A stretch of 53,172 nucleotides of DNA, from positions 1 to 53,172 of the forward strand of contig UYFQ01000675.1 in assembly GCA_900617105.1 (NCBI GenBank). The letters run 5' to 3'. The notes beneath the pieces are model-generated. The model saw only the letters and a program-made list of their open reading frames with translations, searched no databases and had not been told where the DNA came from. The number at the start of each line of letters is the position of its first letter. The first letter of the stretch is position 1. The stretch is from Hydrurus foetidus (Eukaryota). Positions 25,279 to 37,700 of the stretch are shown here, piece by piece. The translations under genes were made by a program, and so were the position numbers.

Positions 25279-26006
25279 ACCTGAAGGAAAGTTGGAAAGT
25301 GTACCCGAGAAGAGAGCCAAATCAGAAGTCATCAGACAGAACATGCTGGTCAGAATGATATTTGTTCCTCTGTATTCTACGAAAGAAAAACAATGACGTT
25401 CTTCTGTGAAGGCTAAAGCCGTTCCCGTCTCCTCCTTGAATTCTCTATTCATCGTCTACACAATCGTTTCGTCCATGCCGTCTCACCCATCACCTTTATT
25501 CAAATCAGAAACATGGCAAATAGAGAAGAACGATATCACATTTGCTACAGGTCTCCTATGTCTTGCTATCACCCAATCTGTCACGTAAGGTTTCCAACTC
25601 CCAGATATTTCAAGTTTGGCATGAGCGTCAGCTTCGGAAATGTCATCAATGCCAGAAGAACACGACCATGTTCTTTCCATCGAAAGCAGGAAAGATTCGT
25701 TCTGCACCTGCGAACCCAAATTTCACGTCAGCCCATGTCGACAACAGCAGTATCCTAGGACATAGCTTCTTCTTCCTTGAAGCAATAGAGCTGCCGAGGT
25801 CAATCTTGTATCATGCATCACTGCCGAGGTTCGTCTTCTTATGTTGCTGTCCCTCCCTGCCAGTGCTTTCGGAGTCAGTCATAGGAACGTATATCACTAT
25901 ACCATAGGAGAGGAAATTATGCTTCAGTGCGCCGCAGTCGGTGACGGCTTTCAGTGACTCGTCGGGGGACTTGATGTACCTCAAGGTTGTGATTGCTTCT
26001 AGTCAT
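25279..26006 (-). pseudogene. Nudix hydrolase (NUDT16-like) 5' fragment, copy B
   Basis: Removing a phase-1 intron gives KFGFAG|DG*DGMDETIV*TMNREFKEETG, a Nudix box GX5EX7REUXEEXG with in-frame stops. Confidence 0.75.
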
Positions 26007-26095
26007 CGAGAGTAGTTACAGAAGTGCATTGATTCACTGTAGAATCCTTTGTAGAATCTGTACTCGGTACAAGGATTTTCGGTGTGAGTCGCTTA

Positions 26096-26591
26096 TACCG
26101 TCGAGTGCCATATGTTTTGTTTTAAAAAAAAAGATTTCGGCAAATTGCCTTTTTTCGCTCTGAAAATCACTGTTTTTTTGGGACAAATTACCGAAATTCT
26201 TGCAAATTTCACTGATTTCCGATAAAAGATGTTTCACGGAAAAAGCTATCTCAATCAGGAAGCAATTTCATGCTTATCTGCTGTCATATTCGAATTCTCC
26301 GTAGTTTTTTTAGTCGAATGCCTCCTTCAGATATTTTTTGAAGCTCCTGCAGATTGAGAAATTTGACGCCGGCGGTACCATGACTGAAACTTTCACTGCG
26401 ATTTACACCATGATGCGCTTCACGGAGACCTAATGACTTCATATATCGAAAGGCTCGGAATTACCTCAGCTTTCTCAATTTTGAACCAAACACCACTTTG
26501 AAATGCAGTTGGCTCCGTAACTGCCAAAAATAGGGTCAAAATGGTGATTTTGGTGGAAAACGGAAAACAAAACATATGGCACTCGACGGTA
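26096..26591. mobile_element. Non-autonomous MITE, Tc1/mariner-like
   Basis: Perfect 28-bp inverted repeat TACCGTCGAGTGCCATATGTTTTGTTTT (26-bp TIR plus TA target). No coding capacity. Confidence 0.85.
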
Positions 26592-26920
26592 ATATCGTAG
26601 TTTATGACACGGACACAATCAGCGCACTTATGCATTCGTACGGTCGTACGGATTAATTTGTGTGTGTGTGTGTGTGTGTGCGTACATGCGTGACGACGAT
26701 GAATGGACCCGTGCATCGTCTCTGAACTTCAAGCGTAGTGTAGAATGTCTTTTGTTGTTGCGTTGAAAGGGACTCGGGGACTTCAGCAGGGATGAAGCAC
26801 AGTCAATTAACAAGTGTTTACTGCCATACAAGAGCTTATTTCACGAGTCCTGACCGAGTGACCTTCAACCATAGTACAGCGAGAGGCGTACGTGTGGGCC
26901 GAACCGAAGATCCGTCAACA
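26592..26920 (+). repeat. Copia 5' LTR (first ~8 nt missing)
   Basis: Matches the 3' LTR except for (TG)n length and two visible substitutions. Ends …CCGTCAACA. Confidence 0.92.
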
Positions 26921-26944
26921 TAATTGACTGCCACAGGCATTCCG

Positions 26945-29900
26945 ATGCCTCCCAAACGCGCCGCAGAAGCTTTCAAAAGTACAGAGGAGTGTATACTTCA
27001 ATACGGCAAACACAACAACATTATCAAATGGAGAGAACACATGCAAACGGTTGTAACCGAACTATACGGGATAGTTGGCATGTTCTTCACCACAAATGCG
27101 AGATACGAGCTCCCGAGAGTTTCTTACAGGGATTACCCTGCAGACTCGTCATCAGAAAGCTCCAGTTCCGAAGAAGATGACGAGATAGTTGAAGGTCAAC
27201 AGGAACAACCGCCTGACCCAGAGACCGTGGCGTACGCCGCCGCGAGGCCTGCTCGCATCGCCGCCAGACAGGCGAGGAACGAGAGGAGGCGTAAAGCGTC
27301 AGAACGCTCAAGAGCAAAATTTAAAGAAGATGATTACATACAGAGAAAGAAGGACATCAAAACGCAGAAAGAGAACGAACGTACGATGTACCCGATGATG
27401 TGGAAGCGCATGTCGCTGCTATCACATAGCAGGGTGAGGGAGGAGGAAGATTTCAAGACCGCATATGACACGCTGGACTGTGTCATGTTGTGGACGCTCA
27501 TAAGGAGGACTCACCTCACACACATGTACGGGGGCGATGAGACACTGCAGGAGTACAACCAACACGAACAGGAGAGTAAGTACGGCTCAATGAGGCAAGG
27601 TGAGAGAGAGCACATTGTCACCTTCAAGAACAGATTCGATGAACAGGTGACCGCGAACGCTGCTGTCGGAATCGCCGCGGTGACAGAGTCGAAGCGAGCA
27701 CTGGATTTCCTAGGGAAGCTCGACACTCGAAGGTACAAGGTCATGCTAGACGACATGAAGCACGACGCCTTACGACGCAAACCAGGGGCGTTCCCAATCA
27801 CGCTCGCACTAGCTTTCCACATCGCCTCAGAGTGGAATGACCGAGTCCCTGCATCCACACCCACACCAACACCGGCGGGTGCGAACGCAGCGTACGTGAC
27901 CGAGGGAGTCCACGTCACAGCGGCCAAGGACCCGGAAAAGAAAGCGGGGAAAGCCGGAGGTGGCAGCAAGAAATCCTTAGCAGACGTCGAGTGCTGCAAA
28001 TGCGAAACAATGGGACACTACGCGAGGAACTGCCCACAGAAGAAATCGTCGTCATCGGAAAAAGTCCACGTCACGGTGGAAGAGTCAGACGAAGAATACG
28101 AAGGAGAGTCGAGCGAGTGGGGTGTAGCTCTTGTCACTGGCGATGAAATATGCTGCTTCTCCAGATTCGACGTGCTGTTAGACAACGAGGCCTCGCTCAA
28201 CATATTCAATAACGCTGAACTACTTACTGACCTGAGGAAGTCGCAGTCGACAATTCGAGTGAGCGGGATCCAGCAAGGAGGAGGAGTGAGCGTAGATCGG
28301 GAAGGGGAGTTCGGAGAGTTTGGCACGGTGTACTACAGTAGTTCGGCATCGGCAAACATCCTGTCTTTCGCGTCGCAGGTCGACTCAGGGGCGTCAATTA
28401 GATATGACCACCTGAGCGACTGCTTCACTCTGAGACCGAAGAGCAGCACGAGGATCTATCGGTTCGGGAGAAAGCGAGTCATAGGAAGCGAGGGGAGGTT
28501 CTACTCGTGCGACTGGAGGGATGTCGAGCACGACAAAGCGTTAGTAACTACGGTGACTGAGAATCTGAAAGCATTTACGAAACGAGAGATCGAGCAGGCG
28601 AGACGAGCTCGTGAGCTGCTCGCTAGGATGGGCTTCCCGACGGTGGAACAGGCGATGTCGATCGTGAACAGCGGAAGTAATTTCGACATTACAGCGAGAG
28701 ATTTCCAGATCGCTGATGCGATATGGGGCAAAGATATAGCCTCTATAAAAGGGAAAACAGTGAAGAGAGCTACTGCTATCGCTGATATTACAGTCAGCAC
28801 GAAATTGATGCAAAGGGATCAGGTGCTGTCTATCGACATTATGTTTATAGACAAACTAGCGATACTAGTTGGGGTATCTACACCACTGGGACTAACTATT
28901 GCATATAGCCTAAACACAGCAGATCTAACAAAGCCAGCAAGGACAGCAGCCCAAGTAAAGATCGGGATAAACCATTTTATCGCAGTCCTCGCTGCGCAAA
29001 ACTTCAGGACCTCCATAATCATGAGCGACGGAGAGGGGGCTGTCAAGAGTCTCATTGACGAGCTGGGAAGGCTCGGTGTGGAGGTTGACGTGAGTGGAGC
29101 CGGCGGCCACGTCGCTAGGATTGAGAGAAAAATTCGCATTGTTAGAGAACGGGTACGATGTCACGTAGCGTACCACCTTCCGTTCACACTATCGACGGTG
29201 GGTATCGCCATGCTCGTACTGTACTGTATATCCAGGCTGAACTACGAACCGGCCGGATTACGGGAATGGGGCCCGAGTCCGCGTGAAGCATACATCGGTA
29301 GGAAGCCTGATGGTAAGAGAGACTTTAGATGCTCGTTCGGAGATTATGTGCAATGTACCGTTCCTAACACTGATTCAGGATTCAAGAGCCGAACCGAGGA
29401 CTGTGTGGTTATGCTCCCCCTCGGAAATCGCACGGGCTCAGTGAGAATGCTTTCGCTCAGCACAGGAAGACTAGTGAACAGGGACCAATTCAGAGTGCTA
29501 CCGATGCCCGAGTCCGTTATAAAGAGACTAAATGAACTTGCGCATGCAGATGGTAGAGTAAAAGGGAAAGGTGATCTGTACGCACGGCCCACGTCGTACG
29601 AGCAGTACGGGAACGCTGCCAAGGGACTGCCTGACACGATGGAATCCAACGTCAACAACGGTGCAACAGTACGACAACGGCGAAGCACCGAACGAAGTGG
29701 ACCCGAGGGACGACAGTGAACCATACGAGGAAGCGGTACGAGCCGAACAACCAGAAGAGCGCGACAATGATATGGATGATCTGGTCGATAGTATGAACCG
29801 GATGCAAGCCGGGCCGAGGGACCAAGTTGAAGATCCCACGGGGGGACTAGATGAGAGGGGTATACCGGAGGACTACACATCGACAGACGGGACACGAGAC

Positions 29901-31691
29901 GAGTACAGCGAAGCGAGAGGAGCATTGAGCCGAGCGACGGAGCTGCTCGCTGCACCTGTACCGCACTACGGGATAAGTAGACATGAGGTGATGAACTTCT
30001 TTAGGAACGGTGGTGGAACCGCACTTCTAACGCGCAACTACGACGGTGACGGTACAGACTGGGGAGACTATGTACTTAACATATCGGTGAACGAAGCGCT
30101 GAGGACCAGGGGTGATGCGGCGCTGAGTGTGATTGAAAAAGAACTAAAGCAGATGGTCGATAAGAAGGTGTGGGCACCTGTCTCTGTGAGCGACCTATCG
30201 ACGGAGGAGAAGCACCGAATCATCAGGTCAAGCATGTTCCTGAAGGAGAAATTCCTCGCGAGCGAGGAGTTCGAGAAGCTTAAGGCGAGGCTGGTCGCCG
30301 GAGGGAACCAGCAGGATCGAGATCTAAACGATGATCTATCGGCACCGACAGTTGCGACGAGCTCAGTGTTCACACTACTGAGCATAGCAGCGCACGAGAA
30401 TAGGATGATCACAGTGATTGACATCAGTGGCGCATTCCTCAATGCGGACATGGATACGGGACTAGCGGTGCACATGAGGTTAGATAGGAACATGTCGAAC
30501 ATTATGACTAAATTGGCTCCCCATTACTCGCGCTTCACAGATCATAAGGGGTGCATAGTGGTGAGGCTAGACAAGGCACTGTATGGGTGTGTGGAGTCGG
30601 CTGCACTATGGTACGAGAACCTGAGAGCGAGCCTGTCCGATTTGGGATACTTACCCAATGCACACGACATGTGTGTCTTCAACAAACACGACGTGTACGG
30701 GGTGCAATGCACTATTGCGGTGCACGTAGATGATCTGATGATCACTAGTGCGAACGGTGGAATGATCGAGTCAGTGTCGGCCGGTCTGATAAAAAGGTAC
30801 GGAGACATTACGAGGAAAAATGGACCTATTGTGAATTACCTAGGCATGGTGTTCGACCTTACCACTGCAGGCAGAGCGCGAGTGTCGATGACAGGATACG
30901 TGGAGGACATGCTGAAGGAAAGCGGCACAACAGGGGGTGCAAGGACCCCAGCAACGGAGGGGCTGTTCGATGTGAGAGACGACAGCGACATGGCGAGTGA
31001 GGAGCAGCGGGTACGGTTCCACAGATTGGTGGCGAAAATGCTCTACCTGGCAAAGCGTGCGAGGCCAGACTGTCCGACGGCGGTGGCATACCTGGCAACA
31101 CGGGTAACACGGTGCAGCGTGGACGACCTTGGGAAGCTTGAGCGTCTGTTGAAGTATGTGAACAACACGAAGGATAGAGGTATAGTGTTCGAGGCGGGTG
31201 CGAAGGGAATCGTCGTGAGTGTTCTCATCGATGCGGCGTACGGAGTACATCCGGACGGGAGGTCGCACACGGGGAGCTGCATGGTGATCGGAACAAGGGG
31301 TGCGGTGCACAGCAAATCGGCGAAGCAACAGATCGTCACCAAGTCGAGTACGGAGGCGGAGCTCGTTGCATTATCTGACTCGACTAACCAAGCGCTTCAC
31401 ATGAGACACTTCATTATAGGACAAGGACACGTGTGCGGACCGGTGACAGTGTACCAAGACAACATGTGCATGTCACTGATTGAGAGAGGGCGGTCAGCGG
31501 CGGAGCGGACGCGCCATATCGCCATCAGATACTTTTGGCTCAAGGAAAGGGTGGATCAAGGAGAAGCGAGAGTGCGACACCTGGGGACCAAGGAGATGTA
31601 CGCGAACCTTCTGACGAAGCCGCTACAAGGTGCACAGTTCAAGTGCGAGAGACAAGGGCTTACGGGATGGGACGCAACCACAGTAGTTTAG
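26945..31691 (+). CDS. Copia gag-pol polyprotein, split by one frameshift near 29660
   Basis: CCHC-type knuckle CCKCETMGHYARNC; protease VLLDNEAS; integrase DIMF/SDGEG/RIERKIR; RT KARLVAGG, DISGAFLNA, LYGCVESA, VHVDD; RNase H DAAYGVH…RSHTG…KSSTEAELV…QDN. Confidence 0.92.
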
Positions 31692-31757
31692 TTAAATTAT
31701 TATGACAACATATGCGTGATGTGTGAATAGAAATGATTGTGATGTGGCATAGGGGTG

Positions 31758-31830
31758 TGTTGGAGATATCGTAGTTTATGACACGGACACAATCAGCGCA
31801 CTTATGCATTCGTACGGTCGTACGGATTAA

Positions 31831-31873
<43 letters not shown>

Positions 31874-32110
31874 ACATGCGTGACGACGATGAATGGACCC
31901 GTGCATCGTCTCTGAACTTCAAGCGTAGTGTAGAATGTCTTTTGTTGTTGCGTTGAAAGGGACTCGGGGACTTCAGCAGGGATGAAGCACAGTCAATTAA
32001 CAAGTGTTTACTGCTATACAAGAGCTTATTTCACGAGTCCTGACCGAGTGACCTTCAACCACAGTACAGCGAGAGGCGTACGTGTGGGCCGAACCGAAGA
32101 TCCGTCAACA
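31758..32110 (+). repeat. Copia 3' LTR (353 bp, TGTTG…CAACA)
   Basis: Terminal inverted TGTTG/CAACA, preceded by the short purine-rich ATAGGGGTG. Confidence 0.93.
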
Positions 32111-32641
32111 TCCTTCTGAACTTCGACTTCTAACTTCTCAGAACTATTCTCAACTTCTTTCAGTTATCAAATCCCGCTTCTTAACTTCGATCACTTTTCA
32201 TTTTTCATTTCTGACTCTCAGAAATGAACAAGATGAGAACATGAAAAAGAAATAAAAATGAAATGTTAATTAATGGAACACTGAAACATTGCATGAAACG
32301 CTTGAATATTCTCCTTTCAATGCTCTGAGAGACATTATATACGTTATCAATACTTTTTAGAATTTCAAGCTTCGCTTGATTTCAAAACGATGTCGTCGAA
32401 ACGACATGAACTTCTGAAAACCAACAATAAGTTGTTCTCAAAGTACAAATTTACCACCCATGCAAAATGGGCAATACCGAGATGCCTCCGGCCATGCATC
32501 GACTCAACAAAAGGCTGCAAATCAAAAGTGAACTACTCTATCAGATCATCAGTCAGATCGTGATGGAATGTCATAGCGTGTGATTTACATAAAAGAAACT
32601 GAATCCAGTGGGGAGTACTGCACTACAAATGCCACCGACGT

Positions 32642-32857
32642 TGTAGTACAAATGAAGCTAGGAGAGGCAGAAAAGTAGTTTAGCTTACAACGGAAAGGAG
32701 GGTGGGTGAGCTTGCAGAGGTGTAAAACTCTGCATGCAAAGCGTTGCAAGGTAACTAACAGGCTGCGAGAGGTCAGAAGGACTCTCAGCCACATGTACGG
32801 ACGGCTATACGGTACTATGGAGGGTAGGAATGTGGTACTAAATCCTGTACCATCACA
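32642..32857 (-). repeat. Gypsy 3' LTR (216 bp, TGTGATGGTAC…GTACTACA)
   Basis: Follows minus-strand PPT GGGAAGGAGTAAGTGGGGGTAA (32858-32879). Its other end coincides with the break in amplicon homology after GCCACCGACGT. Confidence 0.8.
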
Positions 32858-33153
32858 TTACCCCCACTTACTCCTTCCCGAAAAGACCTTAGTCTCGCTT
32901 CTCTCTTTTGACTACTTACGTGTAACTAATGATAAAAAATAATGAACTAACATTAAAGCAGAAAAATACACCAAGTTTTTGAAAAAATGAAGCAATTAAC
33001 TAGCCTAAAAGAGAGTTTGGGACGAGGTCCTGACCGGGAGTGTCCGTGCGTCCGACTGCAGCGATCTTGACCGGGTGTGAGTATGTCAGGTTTCACTGAC
33101 TAAAACCGTAAAACCCACGTAGGGTGAAAAATGGCTAAATTTTGAGAAAAATC

Positions 33154-34715
33154 TCACACCGGTATATCTTCGCCACGCAGGTTGTGCGGAACCAGCGCCT
33201 TCAGTCCGGCGCTCTTGAGGTAGGTGTGTAGCTGGTCCGTGAGTCTCAGAGCACTCCATGGCTCCCATGAGTTGTGTTCTTCGCTGTAATTAAGCCACTT
33301 GACGAGGAAGGTCAACGTGGAGACCTTCCTGGTGTTCCCTTTGTGGGCAGTGATCGCCTCGATGTAGAATTCCATATAGTCGCGTCGGGCTGAGTCCATG
33401 GGTTCGATCCTCGCTGGATCGAATAGGAATATCTTGAGTTTGGAGGCGTGAATTCTCTTAGTCTTTTTAGAGACGATGTTCAGGAGTACATACTCCGAAT
33501 CGCGATGGGAAATCACCTCCATCGGACCTTGCCAGCGTGTGTGTAGTCGCGTAGGGGGACCTGTAGCGTACTGCGCTAGTACGTACGAACCGACAGGGAA
33601 AACGGTTGGATCCGGCTGATCCGTTAAGCGCTGTGCCGCGTGTTCCTGCGCCATTTCTTGGACTGTCCTGTGCGTCGTATCCTGAGCGTTAATCATGTCA
33701 GCCATGATGCGTGAGCCCGGAGTCTTAGATGGAAGGGCCGGTTGAAAGGGCGTGAGGATGCCTCTGTTCAGATCCAAGCGGTTGCCGAAAAGCAGGTTAC
33801 CCGGTGACACTCCCGTGGAGCCATGAACTGAGCTGTTCATGATCCGTTGGACAAAGGGGAGGCAAAGCTTGTATTGGTCCATCTCGAGTGTCTCGAACAC
33901 AAACGAGCGCAAGTGGCGATTAACCTCCTTGTTGACCCGCTCCACGATGGAGTTCTCCTCCTTCGAATAGGCTAGTGTGAGGTTGTGCGGTGTTCCAACC
34001 GCCAAGAGAAATTTCTCTATGAGTTCGTTGGCGAAATGTGGTCCGCGATCGGAGCGTATCAGGTTGGGAGAACCGAAACGACCGAAGTGTTCCAAGAGAC
34101 AGCGGCATGCCGACTCTGCCGTGCTGTCCTTGCAGTGGAACAGCTCTGTCCATCTTGAAAATGAGTCCATCCGTCGGGGAATGGACCGATGAAGTCGATG
34201 TTGAGGACATCGAATAGTACCTCGCCTGCCGTCGTGAACTTATGTACGTTGATTGGAATGCGTACCGCACTCATCTTCTGGCAGCACGGACAATATCGTA
34301 CGAATAACCGGACGTGGTTGCGCATGTACGGCCAAGAACGGCCCATGAGACCTAGCTTATGCATCGTTCGGTCTACGCCGCCATGACCGACGCGGAAGTT
34401 GTGGGCCTGTTCCATCCACTCCTGTTCTTCTTCCGAAGCTAATGGGCATGTTGTCAGTGCTGCGACTATAAAACCTGGGGCGTCCATGACCCTAGGGGTG
34501 TAATCCATGGCGAGTTCCATAAGGTTGGGACACAGGCGTGACAGTGTGTCGGCCCATTTGTTCTGGGAGCCTGGCACGAAGTGAATCTTGAAGTCGAGTT
34601 CCTGCATCGCTATGGACCAGCGGGTGACCATCGAGTTGGGGTTGTTGGTCATATACGTCAGATTTAAGTGATCTGTGTGTATAGTGAACACCCGGTCGCG
34701 GAGGAGAGTGTCCAT
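33154..34715 (-). pseudogene. Gypsy pol fragment (RNase H end, integrase, chromodomain)
   Basis: ORFs 34059..34715 and 33154..34170, with an apparent small frameshifting deletion between DFIGPFPDG and MDSFSRW. Confidence 0.88.
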
Positions 34716-34718
34716 CTG

Positions 34719-37700
34719 CTGACACTGGCACTGGCACTACTATGTGAGACATTCGTACCAATACTCGCCATGGCAGCACGTACGGCAGCTCTGCCTGCTT
34801 CTCTTTGCGTTTCTTTTCTTTTCTCCGCCGCACTTGATCCGCCCTGTTTATTAACACCTTTCAAAGTCCCCTTCCCTCTTTCTTTTTCTCTTTCCATTTC
34901 CTTTCCTTTCCATGCACACTACCTTTCCCACTACTTCTTTCAGTTCTTGCACCTCTCCTATTTCTATTTCTAATGTCATTGTTGCTACTTGAAGTTGAAG
35001 TTTGTACGTCACCTCTTACATATTCCATCCCTCCTTCCCCTGTGTCCATTCCATCTCCCTTCTTTGATCCTTTCTTTGTCACCACTTTTTATTTTTCACA
35101 TGATTTCACCTTTTTTCTTTTGCTTTCTTGAACTTCACCACGTCATTCTCATTGTTTGAATTTGATTCCCCATTCTAGTTTTCTATTTCTAAATTGTTCT
35201 CTCTTCAAATACAGCTTCTGCCGAGTTCTTTTTGTCATTTGCTAATTCAATCAGTTTTTGTGCTTTTTCTTGTTGAATTTGAGTTTTCAGCGCACTGCTC
35301 ATTTCTTGAGACATAGGAACATTTAATGATTTCCACATTTTGTTGTGCTTTGTATGCGATTTAGTACGCAATTCTGTATGATCTCTTCTTTGTTTTCGTT
35401 TTTTCTTCATTAATGTTGATACACCATTAGATACGGATTTCCCCTTATTTCCGGGTTTTGATGCATTTCCCATTATTGGCTGTCTCGGAATTTTCAAAAT
35501 TGAACAACTTCGATATTTTTTTTGAACTTCGCCGATAGACTTGTAGATTTCGCCTGCAAAAAAGAAGAGCAATAACAATCGAAAATAGCTACAAATTGTG
35601 CCCAGTCTAAGTTTCATCGCGTGTTCTGAATTTCAAAAAGAGAATCCTGATTTCGATGAGTACGACACATAGAACTCTATCTATGTTTATACTATAAAAA
35701 ATAAAAACTATCCACCACATGAAAAACAAATTAAATCGCAAATTCTTTCGAAAAACTAAAAATACTTTACTGGAAAATCAACTCTAGATTGTGCAAAATG
35801 AGAATCGTCACCTTTTGCCGGCAGCCTTCTAACCATAACGGAAACTGGACGTTCAGTCATGGACGTACAGTCAGAAGAGATAAACAAGCGGGGGTGGAAT
35901 AATCTATACCTGATATAAATGAGTGTAATGTCAGTCATAATTTAAATACAAATATGACTTATGCAAAATGTGTGATGTATCATATTTCTTTTAAGACAAG
36001 TAAAGTATGACATGATGACTTTTATGTATGATGACGAAACTGATAATTGTTTTACCTTCAGTGATATTTTCAGTGATATTGGCTGGATCAGCAAATAAAT
36101 CAGCGTATTGGAAAGAAGAAACACAAGGAATGTTATTTACAGCTGAAGAAGAAGAAGAAGAGGTAGGGAAAGAGGTAGAGGAGGAACAAGAAGAGGTAGG
36201 GAAAGAAGATGAAGAAGAAGAGGAAGATAGAGAAGAAGAAGAGGTAGAGATAGAGGTAGAGCAAGGTGGAGATGTCGGTGTGTCCGTATAATAGGTCACT
36301 TCATTAATTTCCGAGTTATTCGTCTCTTCCTCCTTTTCGTTGTGCATTATTTCCATTTCATCACTCTCTTCCATTTCTGCAATTACTTCACATTCACCAT
36401 TTCCCGTATTTTCATCGATAATTCCGATTTCTTCTTCACTACCTCTTCCATCATATTCATTTACCATCATGCCATCATCAACATCGTTGGTTTCATTTTC
36501 ATTTTCATTTTCATTGACACTTTTGTCTTCACTACCATTTTCATCATTTGTGATTTCGTCTCCGATGTTTTGTTTAACGGCAAAGTTTGATCGAAATGCA
36601 ACAGGTAAGACGTAACATAACGTTAAAAGTTTCATCACATCCTGAAAATGTCAGAAAGAAAATATTAGAGTAGATTATAAAAATTTATTGAAAATCGAGT
36701 GAGTGATAAACAGCACTAGAGCAGTACAATACCTATCAAGGTAGTGCAGTGTAGTGAAGTGCAGTGCAGTGTAGTATAGTATAATATAGTATAGTGCAGT
36801 TAGTATAATAAAGTATAGTGCAGTATAGTGTAGTTTAGTATAGTGCAGTGTAGTTTAGTGTAGTAAAGTGTAGTAAAGTGTAGTATAGTATAATGTAGTG
36901 TAGTATAGTATAATATAATATAGTGTAGTGTAGTTTAGTATAGTGTAGTATAGTATAGTATAGTATAGTGCAGTGCAGTGCAGTATAGTGCAGTTTAGTA
37001 TAATATAGTGTAGTATAGTATAATATAGTGTAGTATAGTATAGTATAGTATAGTATAGTATAGTATAGTATAGTATAGTATAGTATAGTATAGTATAGTA
37101 TAGTATAGTATAGTATAGTATAGTATCGTATAATATAGTATAGTATAATATAGTACGGTATAATATAGTATAGCGTAGTATGGTATTGTGTAGTATAGTA
37201 TGGTATTGTGTAGTATAGTATAGTGTAGTGTAGTACAGTATAGTGTAGTGTAGTGTAGTAGAGTATAGGATAATATAGTGCAGTATAGTATTATGTAGTA
37301 TAATATAGTATAATATAGTGAAGTATAATATAGTGAAGTATAATATAGTGTAGTATAGTATAGCATAGTATAGTATAGTATAGTAAAGGTAGTGTAGTAT
37401 AGTGTTGTGTAGTATAATACAGTAAAGGTATTATAGTGTAGTGCAGTATAGTATAGTATAATATTGTACAGTGCAGTATAGTGTAGTATAGTGCAGTACA
37501 GTATAATATAGAATAGTACTGTGTAGTATGGTGCCATGTAGTGCAGTATAGTATAACATAATATAGTGTAGTGTAGTTTAGTATAGTGTAGTATAGTATA
37601 GTGCAGTACAGTGCAGTATAGTGCAGTTTAGTATAGTATAGTATAGTATAGTATAGTATAATATAGTGTAGTATAGTGTAGTATAGTAGTATATAGTATA

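Larger units (their letters stand above)
26050..32110 (+). mobile_element. Ty1/copia LTR retrotransposon insertion with a rearranged 5' end
   Basis: TCCTT on both sides (26045-26049 and 32111-32115). The empty site GTAGAATCCTTCTGAAC is seen in the paralogous unit at ~52013. Domain order gag-PR-IN-RT-RH. Confidence 0.93.
32642..34718 (-). mobile_element. 5'-truncated Ty3/gypsy retrotransposon with chromodomain integrase
   Basis: RNase H end (FTIHTDHLNL…RWSIAMQE), HHCC (AHN…GHGG…CPCCQK), DFIGPF/SDRGPHF/VERVNK, GPY/F (RWQGPM), chromodomain (YIEAI…FLVKWLNY…SWEP), PPT and 3' LTR. Confidence 0.92.

Noticed and set aside
25440..25500. In-frame TAG/TGA shared by Nudix copies, suggesting stop-codon reassignment or selenocysteine
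   Set aside because: Other genes here end at standard stops and have long stop-free frames. The copies also carry indels, and shared stops are explained by descent from one dead copy.
29571..29719. Programmed frameshift between the two copia ORFs
   Set aside because: The break lies in the integrase-RT linker with no slippery heptamer seen, so a deletion or sequence error is more likely.
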